Of a stretch of DNA of 64,000 nucleotides, positions 34,510-41,858 are shown piece by piece. Both the position numbers and the translations under genes were made by a program. The notes under the pieces are model-generated. The model searched no databases. It had not been told where the DNA came from and was given only the letters and a program-made list of their open reading frames with translations. Source of the stretch: a virus (lineage: Duplodnaviria > Caudoviricetes); IMG/VR virus record IMGVR_UViG_3300014613_000025, positions 9,114 through 73,113 of that record. One strand, written 5' to 3'. Positions within the stretch are counted from its first letter, which is position 1. Every line of letters starts with the position of its first letter.

Positions 34510-34911
34510 CATGGCATTCAAGTCGTGCTATTGCAAAAGTTGCGTGATTGACCCAAAAGTGTATGGTCATTCCAAACGCGTCCTCAACGTTTCCGACATG
34601 TTGCGCGCCTAGTGAGTCATTCTTGACCCATGGCAAAACGGTCCTGGTCTGCACGAAGTGTCTTGTTTTGTAGCGGTTTGCGAAACGTGGCGGGCTAGGT
34701 CTGCCAGGTGTCGGGTTGTCGCGGCGAGACGATAGCCAACGGCCTACCATGACAGCGGTGTCATAGCAAAACGTCACATTAGCGAATCCTTCGAGGTTTA
34801 CGCTATGACATTGAAGTCATAGCATCGAGGTCCAAGACGGCTACGATGTGCTGGCGTGGCTTGTTCTGTAGCGATTGAGGTACGCGTGGCGGGTATGACA
34901 TTGATGTCATA
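34510..34911. promoter_or_regulatory. Palindrome cluster D (5 sites)
   Basis: Sites at 34510, 34629 (imperfect), 34748, 34804, 34894. Confidence 0.75.
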
Positions 34912-35191
34912 GGGTCTTGGCGGAGCGAAGGATTCGCGACGAAAGCGAGGTCAGCGCGTCACGGACCTTGCCGTCGCCATCGTCGTCCGCGCTATTGACG
35001 GCGTCAATTAGTCGCGACCATGCGGCTTCCTCTGCTCCCTCGTTGACGTGTAGCACGCCTGCGGCATGGTCGAACGTGCCAGGAAACGGCTCGTAGTCGC
35101 CGTCAAAGGCCAGGCAATCGTCAAACGCGGGGTCGAATACATAGATGGTCAACCCGCACGCCTGAATCTCGCCTACGCGGAATGTCGCCAT
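34907..35191 (-). CDS. Hypothetical protein MATFRV...
   Basis: TGATG coupling to the upstream gene; its stop lies inside a palindrome. Confidence 0.6.
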   Translation of the reverse strand: MATFRVGEIQACGLTIYVFDPAFDDCLAFDGDYEPFPGTFDHAAGVLHVNEGAEEAAWSRLIDAVNSADDDGDGKVRDALTSLSSRILRSAKTL

Positions 35192-35406
35192 CAGATGCCG
35201 CGACGCGCGCGCTCCTTTTGGAACAAGGACAATTCGGTGAGGTATCTTTCGCCGCCCATGCGCTGAACCCAGCTATTCGTGGCGGTAACGGTGAGCAGTC
35301 CTTCAAGAGCGAGGGAGCAGTCGCGATGCGACCACACCAGCTCGGAGTCACTCATCTTGCGGATGCGGTCGGCGATGCGCTTGGTTGCCTTGTCGGTGTT
35401 CTTCAT
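35191..35406 (-). CDS. Cassette protein MKNTDK...
   Basis: Own sigma54 promoter. Confidence 0.65.
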   Translation of the reverse strand: MKNTDKATKRIADRIRKMSDSELVWSHRDCSLALEGLLTVTATNSWVQRMGGERYLTELSLFQKERARRGI

Positions 35407-35421
35407 GGTGCTTTCCGAGTA

Positions 35422-35437
35422 TGCGAACGCTATGCCA
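35422..35437 (-). promoter_or_regulatory. sigma54 promoter 27
   Basis: TGGCATAGCGTTCGCA; ATG at +6. Confidence 0.75.
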
Positions 35438-35479
35438 TCGTTGCCGTAGCCTCAAAACCGCCAGGCTCGACACCCAAGC

Positions 35480-35641
35480 CATGACACGAATGTCATACCT
35501 AAACGCCGTTTCGCGATATTCGTGAGGTTTTCGCTATGACATTGGTGTCATGCTTAGGCGAGCGGTTGTCGGCTCGCTTCGCAATGTGCCTTTATTTGTA
35601 GCGATTATGCGCGGAGCGGGTGGTATGACATTGGTGTCATG
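35480..35641. promoter_or_regulatory. Palindrome cluster E (3 sites)
   Basis: Sites at 35480, 35535, 35624. Confidence 0.75.
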
Positions 35642-35652
35642 GCAGGCTGTGG

Positions 35653-35892
35653 TCATGCGTACATGGCGGCGTTCAAGGCCAGCCACGCTGCATCCACATG
35701 CGCGTTCAAGGTCTTGGCGTAGAGCCAGCGCGCCATGTTCACAGCCTTGCGGCTAGGCTTGCGGCTGCTGCTAGTGACGCACTGGATCCTGATCTCACCC
35801 AGGCAATCACAGGCGAACAAGTAGCCCCCGACTGTAACCGTCATGGGTGCGCCGCTGCCGTCCGAGTAGACTTCGATTGCTGTGGTTTTCAT
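35653..35892 (-). CDS. Cassette protein MKTTAI...
   Basis: Own sigma54 promoter. Confidence 0.6.
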   Translation of the reverse strand: MKTTAIEVYSDGSGAPMTVTVGGYLFACDCLGEIRIQCVTSSSRKPSRKAVNMARWLYAKTLNAHVDAAWLALNAAMYA

Positions 35893-35904
35893 ACCATCCT
35901 GCCT

Positions 35905-35920
35905 AGCACGTCGCATGCCA
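35905..35920 (-). promoter_or_regulatory. sigma54 promoter 28
   Basis: TGGCATGCGACGTGCT; ATG at +3. Confidence 0.7.
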
Positions 35921-35993
35921 ACGGTCCCAAACCCGTCCGCTAGCGCTTGACCATATCTCGCCGTTCCCCTCCAGCGGGAGTGACCCAAACCTG

Positions 35994-36009
35994 TGCACGT
36001 CGCATGCCA
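35994..36009 (-). promoter_or_regulatory. sigma54 promoter 29, outermost in the array
   Basis: TGGCATGCGACGTGCA; followed by SD and MVKR*. Confidence 0.7.
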
Positions 36010-36052
36010 AGGTTGGCGGCTGACCGGACCTAAACGCATTGGGCCTGGTGGT

Positions 36053-36286
36053 ATGAGTGAACCCAAACCAGGTGAACGGCCCGACGTTGAAGGCGTCTTT
36101 GAACGACTCCGCCAACGGTTGGATGACATTGTGCCGATGCCACGCAAGACAGTCGAGGTGCTTGCCACGCTGCTAGGTGGCCTTGACGCTAGGCGAGAGG
36201 TCAGATGGCGCAAGCGTGAACATCGAGTCAAGAACCGCAACGAACGGCAACGGCGCGCACTGTCGCGCAGGAAGGCGAGACGATAG
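36053..36286 (+). CDS. Basic hypothetical protein
   Basis: First rightward ORF after the divergence point; CCTAAACG motif upstream. Confidence 0.5.
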   Translation: MSEPKPGERPDVEGVFERLRQRLDDIVPMPRKTVEVLATLLGGLDARREVRWRKREHRVKNRNERQRRALSRRKARR

Positions 36287-36321
36287 CAATGCAACAGAGA
36301 CCAGCAAAGGAGCACGATACC

Positions 36322-36654
36322 ATGGCATGCACGAAGCGTATCGCGAAGGCTGCGAAGCACTTGGACAAGGCCGCCGACCTGTTGGACGATGCCATTGACG
36401 ACTACTACAACGAGGAGGTTGGTCAACGTGTTCCCACGCGCGAGGACGTTATCGCGCATGCGGCAAAGGCCATCCTAGACAATGTGTCAGCGCGCGGTGC
36501 CGTGGTCCTGTTCGGCCAACGTGACAACTGTGTGGCATTGACTGACACTGGGCCACTTCGCGCATCGCCTGCGGCCCAGATAGCTTCGCTGCTAACACTG
36601 GCCGTGCGCGAGGCAATCACGCAAGCGTATCAGGAGGCCAACGGCGATGACTGA
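36322..36654 (+). CDS. Hypothetical protein
   Basis: SD aaggag. Confidence 0.6.
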   Translation: MACTKRIAKAAKHLDKAADLLDDAIDDYYNEEVGQRVPTREDVIAHAAKAILDNVSARGAVVLFGQRDNCVALTDTGPLRASPAAQIASLLTLAVREAITQAYQEANGDD

Positions 36655-37768
36655 CAACGTCGTAGCCATCATCCCAGCGCGAGGCGGCAGTAAGGGACTG
36701 CCACGCAAGAACCTGGCAATGGTTGGCGGGTTGCCGTTGCTCGCGCGCGCTATCGAGACCTGCCGCGACGCGGGTATCGCTGACATCGTGGTCACGACAG
36801 ACGATGACGAAATTGCAGCGGTCGCACAATGTCATGGCGCGCAGGTTGTTCGGCGACCGTTGGACTTGGCTAGCGACACCGCCACAAGCGAGGATGCCAT
36901 CTGGCACGCGCTAGACGTGTGTGGCATCGATAGCGGGACGTGTGCGTTCGTGCAATGCACGACTCCGCTGTTGACGTCTGACGAGGTGGCGCACTGCGTG
37001 GCGTTGGCAGAACTAGGCCGCAGCGCGTTTACGGTCTATCCGCACCACAACGTTTTCTGGTACGATGATGAACCGCTTAGCACACTGCCACGCAAGCCAA
37101 GACAGCAATGCAAGCCGCTGTGGAAAGAGACTGGCGGATGCTATGCGTTCCCGGTCGAGGCATTCATGCGCAAGCGCTCGCGCTTCCCGACTGAGACCGT
37201 TATGGTCCGCTCAGAGTATGGCATTGACATCGATGATGAAAACGACCTGGCGGCGGCCAATGCGATTGTGCGTCGCGGTTTGACAAGCCCTGGCTTGCGT
37301 AGCCGATTGTCGCGCGTTCAGTTGCTCGTCCTAGACTTCGACGGTGTGCTAACAGACAACCGCGTGTTGACCGACAGCGATGGGCGCGAGGTGGTATCCT
37401 GTTCCAAGGCTGACAGTTCGGGCATCATACTGCTCCAACGCGCTGGCGTTCGGGTTGTGTGTTTGACTCACGAGCACGACAGGTCGGCACTGTTACGGTG
37501 TCGCAAGTTGGGCATCGAGTGTGTGCAAACGTCGGGGCTAAAACCGTTAGCCCTAGAGACAATGCTACAAGGCACACCGCTAGAGCAAGTCTGCTACGTT
37601 GGCAATGACGAACCCGACGTTGCGTGTATGGCAATGGTTGGCGTGAGCATGGCCCCGCATGATGCGGAACCGTGCGCGCTTGATGCCGCTCAGGTTGTGC
37701 TAAAGCGCAACGGTGGAGACGGCGCCGTACGCGAGGCGTGTGAGATGATTCTGGAGGCGCAATGCTAA
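36647..37768 (+). CDS. neuA: CMP-nonulosonate synthetase (NeuA) fused to a KdsC-like HAD phosphatase
   Basis: IIPARGGSKGLPRKN; VTTDD; LASDTATS; IDIDDEND; C-terminal LLVLDFDGVLTDN...YVGNDEPD. Confidence 0.92.
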   Translation: MTDNVVAIIPARGGSKGLPRKNLAMVGGLPLLARAIETCRDAGIADIVVTTDDDEIAAVAQCHGAQVVRRPLDLASDTATSEDAIWHALDVCGIDSGTCAFVQCTTPLLTSDEVAHCVALAELGRSAFTVYPHHNVFWYDDEPLSTLPRKPRQQCKPLWKETGGCYAFPVEAFMRKRSRFPTETVMVRSEYGIDIDDENDLAAANAIVRRGLTSPGLRSRLSRVQLLVLDFDGVLTDNRVLTDSDGREVVSCSKADSSGIILLQRAGVRVVCLTHEHDRSALLRCRKLGIECVQTSGLKPLALETMLQGTPLEQVCYVGNDEPDVACMAMVGVSMAPHDAEPCALDAAQVVLKRNGGDGAVREACEMILEAQC

Positions 37769-38139
37769 CCGTCTATGCAATCCAAAACGCCGATGGGCAA
37801 TGGCTTCGCAGCAAGGGATACGGCGGCTGCGGCCCGTCGTGGGTTGACGATATCAGCCTTGCGCGCCTATACCAGCGCATCGGAACGGCGCGCGGTCGCG
37901 TTGGCTACTACGTTGGAGCGTATCCAGACTTGCCGCCTCCCAAGTTGTTTGCGTTTACGTGCAACGAGGGTGTGGAACTTGACGAGTCCGCTCGCGTGGC
38001 AAAGGTAGCTAAGCACAAGTCGACACAGAAGAAACGAAAAGAATTGGCAGACGCTAAGCGGAAACTGAAGGACGCGAACGACAGGTTTGCTAAGGCCAAG
38101 AAAGACTTGGAGGCATTGAAGTGCACACCGTCAGAGTAG
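37762..38139 (+). CDS. Hypothetical protein
   Basis: SD ggagg; lies between neuA and neuB. Confidence 0.6.
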   Translation: MLTVYAIQNADGQWLRSKGYGGCGPSWVDDISLARLYQRIGTARGRVGYYVGAYPDLPPPKLFAFTCNEGVELDESARVAKVAKHKSTQKKRKELADAKRKLKDANDRFAKAKKDLEALKCTPSE

Positions 38140-38990
38140 GCAATCGCGAGGTTGGTGAGGGCAAACCGTGCTTCATTATAGCGGAGATCGGGATCAACCA
38201 CGATGGCGATGTTGACGTTGCCAAGCGGCTGATTGATGTGGCGGTGTCGGCAGGGTGTGACGCTGTCAAGTTTCAGAAGCGCACACCTGACTTGCACGTT
38301 GCACCAGACAAGCGAGACGTCTTGCGTGATACCCCGTGGGGCGAGATGCGCACGATTGACTACCGCGAGCGCATCGAATTCGGCCACGCCGAATACGACG
38401 ACATCAACGAGTATTGCTTGCAGCGTGGTATCCTGTGGTTCGCGTCGCCGTGGGACGTGCCGAGTGTTGACTTCCTCGAACAGTACAACCCGCCATGCTA
38501 CAAGATTGCGAGCGCTGGCATGGTCAACAAGGCCCTACGCTGCGCCGTCTGGGCCGCAAGACGGCCCGTCATCATGTCGACGGGCATGGCGACACTGGCA
38601 GACATTGACGAGGCGTACGATGACCTGGCAAGCGACAGGTTGACGCTATTGCATTGCACGAGCAACTACCCAACGACGGACGATGAGATTGACCTACCTG
38701 TAATCGAGACACTGCGGCAGCGCTACCGCGTACCGGTTGGTTACAGCGGCCACGAGGTTGGACTGTTGCCGTCTGTATTGTCCGTTGCGGCCTGGCGGGC
38801 TTGCATCGTTGAAAGGCATGTGACATTAGATCGAGGCCGAAAAGGCAGCGACCACGGCGCAAGCATTGAGCCGCATGGGTTGCACTTGCTCGTGCGCGAC
38901 ATCAGGCGAGCGGAGCGGTTGCGCGAGGGTGGTTGGAACAAGCGGGTTCATGCGTCGGAGGCGGCGCAGATCAAGAGGTTGAGAGGATGA
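38121..38990 (+). CDS. neuB: Nonulosonate synthase (NeuB family), short form without the C-terminal SAF domain
   Basis: IIAEIGINHDGD; GCDAVKFQKR; KIAS; STGM; LLHCTSNYP; GYSGHE; ERHVTLDR. Confidence 0.93.
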   Translation: MHTVRVGNREVGEGKPCFIIAEIGINHDGDVDVAKRLIDVAVSAGCDAVKFQKRTPDLHVAPDKRDVLRDTPWGEMRTIDYRERIEFGHAEYDDINEYCLQRGILWFASPWDVPSVDFLEQYNPPCYKIASAGMVNKALRCAVWAARRPVIMSTGMATLADIDEAYDDLASDRLTLLHCTSNYPTTDDEIDLPVIETLRQRYRVPVGYSGHEVGLLPSVLSVAAWRACIVERHVTLDRGRKGSDHGASIEPHGLHLLVRDIRRAERLREGGWNKRVHASEAAQIKRLRG

Positions 38991-39187
38991 CACCCAAGCA
39001 AGCAACAATGGTTCTGGACGTCATGCGGACGCATGAGTGGCATCGCGGGGAAGAGGGGACGTGGTGCCAATCGTGCAATGGCGGATATTCGATCTATAGC
39101 CATAGTAAGCACCGCACTCCTAGTCACAAGCGTGGATGCAAGTGGGCGCGCGCTGTTAGGTTGTTGGAGGGATTGTTGGCGTCCTAA
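38987..39187 (+). CDS. Small hypothetical protein
   Basis: ATGA overlap; HKRGC. Confidence 0.5.
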   Translation: MTPKQATMVLDVMRTHEWHRGEEGTWCQSCNGGYSIYSHSKHRTPSHKRGCKWARAVRLLEGLLAS

Positions 39188-39237
39188 ACCCGTTTGACGT
39201 ATTAGCATAGGACAACAGAACAACAGGACAGGAGAAC

Positions 39238-41121
39238 ATGCGACAAGTATCAGTGCTGGGTGGAGGTGAGATTGCACCGGAGATGATTGCGGTATTGCAA
39301 CCCGCGACGGTGTCAGTCATGGAAGCGGCAATGCCCGCTAACGTGGGGCCACGCTCGCGCGCTATCCTTGAGTCAGTGGAGCCCATTGGGCACTTTGGCA
39401 TCACTGGCAATGGTGCGTTTACGCTGGTCCACAGCGGTCAAACGTGGGACTCGTTCGACGCTGGCAAGGAAGAGTCGCTACGCAAGGAGATTGAACTAGG
39501 CCACCCGCTAGTCATCTTCGGATGCGGCGCAGGCAACCTGCTATTTCGCGTTCGCACTATCTGTCAATCTGTGCGCGACGGGGTTCCGCCAATCATCATC
39601 TACGAGCCAAACGCTGGCGTGCTCAAGGCGTTCCTGTCCGTGCGCTTCCCGCTCCAAGGTGTGAGTGTCTGTTGCGATATCGACGACTTCCGCCACATGC
39701 TGCAAACGCTGTTGCAGGGTCAGTCATCGTTGACCATCTTTCATACTGGCGACTACGTGATGCCCGCTGAGATTGCGGAGCAACGAGGGCCAATCGCCGT
39801 CGCTAACCAAGAGGCTTACGCGCTGTTCTCCGATGTCGTGCGGCGCATCGTTGACGCTGAGCAAGTGACCATGAACACCATCGCAGCGCGAATGGGCGAG
39901 TGGATTCGCAACGTGGCAGAGAACCTCGACGCATGCGCGGGACAAGTGCCAGCCATGTCGTTGGCGGGTGCGTTCGTTGGTGCGCCCGCGTTCATCGTCG
40001 GGGCAGGGCCATCGCTGGACCGTAACGGGCCTTTGCTGGCGTCGTGTTACGAGAAGGGGCTGGTCATCACCGTGGACGTTGCGGCGCGAGCGTTCGTCAA
40101 GCACAACGCGCAACCGCACCTATTCCTGGCGGTCGAAGGGCGCGACTTGTCAGAACACCTCGAAGGCGTCGAGTGGATTGACACTGTCCCGCGAGCGTTC
40201 TCGCTAGAGGCTAGTCCTGCGGTGTTGAAGATCGGCAATGGCCCACTGTTGCCTTGGGCGGATAGCAACTTTTCGTTCAACGCCGTCAACCACCAACTGC
40301 TAGGTTCCGAGGGATTGCCGATTGGTGGCAGTGTCACAACCGCTGCGTTCTTGTTTGCCGAAGCGTTCGGATGCAACCCCATTATCCTTGTGGGCCAAGA
40401 CCTGGCAAACACTGGCGGCAAGCGTGCGGCGGATGGCGTGCTAGCTGACAAGTTGCATGCACTCGAAGAGCATGGCGAGGTTGCCGCATGGGGCGACCCT
40501 GCAACGAAGATTCCCGATACGCCGCAGTGGTTGCACGCGCGTGTTTGGTTCGAGCAACGCGCTGCTAGGTTGGCAAAGGACAAGCCGCATATCAGGCTCA
40601 TCAACTGCACCGAAGGTGGGTCACACGTTGACGGGTTCGAGGACTTGCCGCTTGCGGATGTCATCGAGGAAATGCAAAGCGTTAGCATCGACATCAAGGG
40701 TGCGTTGAATGACGTTCAACCCGTGTGGAAAGACGGTATCGACTGGTTCCGCGATAAGCAAGTAGAGAAACTGCAACCCATTGCAGACGCGGCATTCGCG
40801 ACGGTTGCCGCCTGCGAGGCAGTAGCGTCAATGATTCGCACAGACAAGGATGCGGACGTGTCTGAACTGATGGCGACCCGGACCGAAAATGAGAACGCGT
40901 TTAGGGTGTTGGCCGCGCCCCACGAGATGTTCACCGGCTGGACCCAAGCACTCATCATCAACCTACAGGACATTCGCAAACAGTCGACTAAGCACGAGAT
41001 GGTTGGCGAGGATGCCGCCGCGTTCTTTGACACTGAGGCAGGCATCTTCCGCGCGATGGGTGATGCTGCGGTTGAACTTCGCAACGTGCTCACACGTCAA
41101 ACGGAGAAGGCCAATGCGTGA
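39238..41121 (+). CDS. maf: Motility-associated factor (Maf, DUF115/MptE-like) glycosyltransferase
   Basis: IIIYEPN; AFIVGAGPSLDRN; GGSVTTAA...GCNPIILVGQDLA; INCTEGG; helical C-terminus. Confidence 0.85.
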   Translation: MRQVSVLGGGEIAPEMIAVLQPATVSVMEAAMPANVGPRSRAILESVEPIGHFGITGNGAFTLVHSGQTWDSFDAGKEESLRKEIELGHPLVIFGCGAGNLLFRVRTICQSVRDGVPPIIIYEPNAGVLKAFLSVRFPLQGVSVCCDIDDFRHMLQTLLQGQSSLTIFHTGDYVMPAEIAEQRGPIAVANQEAYALFSDVVRRIVDAEQVTMNTIAARMGEWIRNVAENLDACAGQVPAMSLAGAFVGAPAFIVGAGPSLDRNGPLLASCYEKGLVITVDVAARAFVKHNAQPHLFLAVEGRDLSEHLEGVEWIDTVPRAFSLEASPAVLKIGNGPLLPWADSNFSFNAVNHQLLGSEGLPIGGSVTTAAFLFAEAFGCNPIILVGQDLANTGGKRAADGVLADKLHALEEHGEVAAWGDPATKIPDTPQWLHARVWFEQRAARLAKDKPHIRLINCTEGGSHVDGFEDLPLADVIEEMQSVSIDIKGALNDVQPVWKDGIDWFRDKQVEKLQPIADAAFATVAACEAVASMIRTDKDADVSELMATRTENENAFRVLAAPHEMFTGWTQALIINLQDIRKQSTKHEMVGEDAAAFFDTEAGIFRAMGDAAVELRNVLTRQTEKANA

Positions 41122-41269
41122 CAAGACTCGCAATGCTGTGCTCGAACCTGACCGCATGCTAACCCCTGCGCTGTGGTGTGCCATTGCCGCGAGCGATGGC
41201 GTGAGCGATGAGGTTATCAGTCACTACGCGGCCATCATGATCGAGTCTTGGTTGGGCCGGTGGATGTGA
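41114..41269 (+). CDS. Small hypothetical protein
   Basis: SD ggag; overlap chain. Confidence 0.35.
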   Translation: MRDKTRNAVLEPDRMLTPALWCAIAASDGVSDEVISHYAAIMIESWLGRWM

Positions 41270-41565
41270 TGAGGGTGGATACCATGCAAGGGCCAACCGT
41301 TGGAATGCAAGAGGTCATCGACAACATGATAGCGCGCATGTTGTTGATGAATCACACTGACCCGCAGGTGAGGGTGTGGACAGACAACGAGCGGCCTAAC
41401 CCTTGGCGCGTAGCGATGGTTACTGGCCGGGACTTCATGCGAGGCGGGTCCGCTGGATTCGACGGCACAGCGCTTGACCTGGCACTAGCACTGGTGGTGT
41501 TGTTGGGGAGTCTGTCAGACGTCCCGCTTGACGGAGTCATCCAAGAAGTGCCGAGGCGCAATTGA
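41269..41565 (+). CDS. Hypothetical protein
   Basis: Overlap chain; start uncertain. Confidence 0.4.
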   Translation: MRVDTMQGPTVGMQEVIDNMIARMLLMNHTDPQVRVWTDNERPNPWRVAMVTGRDFMRGGSAGFDGTALDLALALVVLLGSLSDVPLDGVIQEVPRRN

Positions 41566-41858
41566 TAATCTTGCCCGACAATGGCACTGCCACGCTGTGC
41601 GAACTATGCCACAAGCAAGAGGCGATGCAGTACGCGCATGACATGCCCCCGTGGATGCCTAACGCCACGGGTTGGATATGCTACGAGTGCTCGGAGATAG
41701 ACTTTAGGCCAAACCCTCGATGCGAGTGTTGCGGCTGTGAGAACGAGGCCGACACGTTCGAGCCAGACCCGTACACAACCGAGGTGTATGGGCCAAAACC
41801 TGGCGAGCAAGAGTGGCAGTGCAATGACTGTTGCGGCCACAGACTGGACGACATCTGA
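41562..41858 (+). CDS. Cys-rich hypothetical protein
   Basis: TTGA overlap; several CxxC. Confidence 0.45.
   Translation: MIILPDNGTATLCELCHKQEAMQYAHDMPPWMPNATGWICYECSEIDFRPNPRCECCGCENEADTFEPDPYTTEVYGPKPGEQEWQCNDCCGHRLDDI

Noticed and set aside
36323-36338. Plus-strand sigma54-like TGGCATGCACGAAGCG
   Set aside because: It is the first codons of an SD-led CDS and the -12 element is weak.
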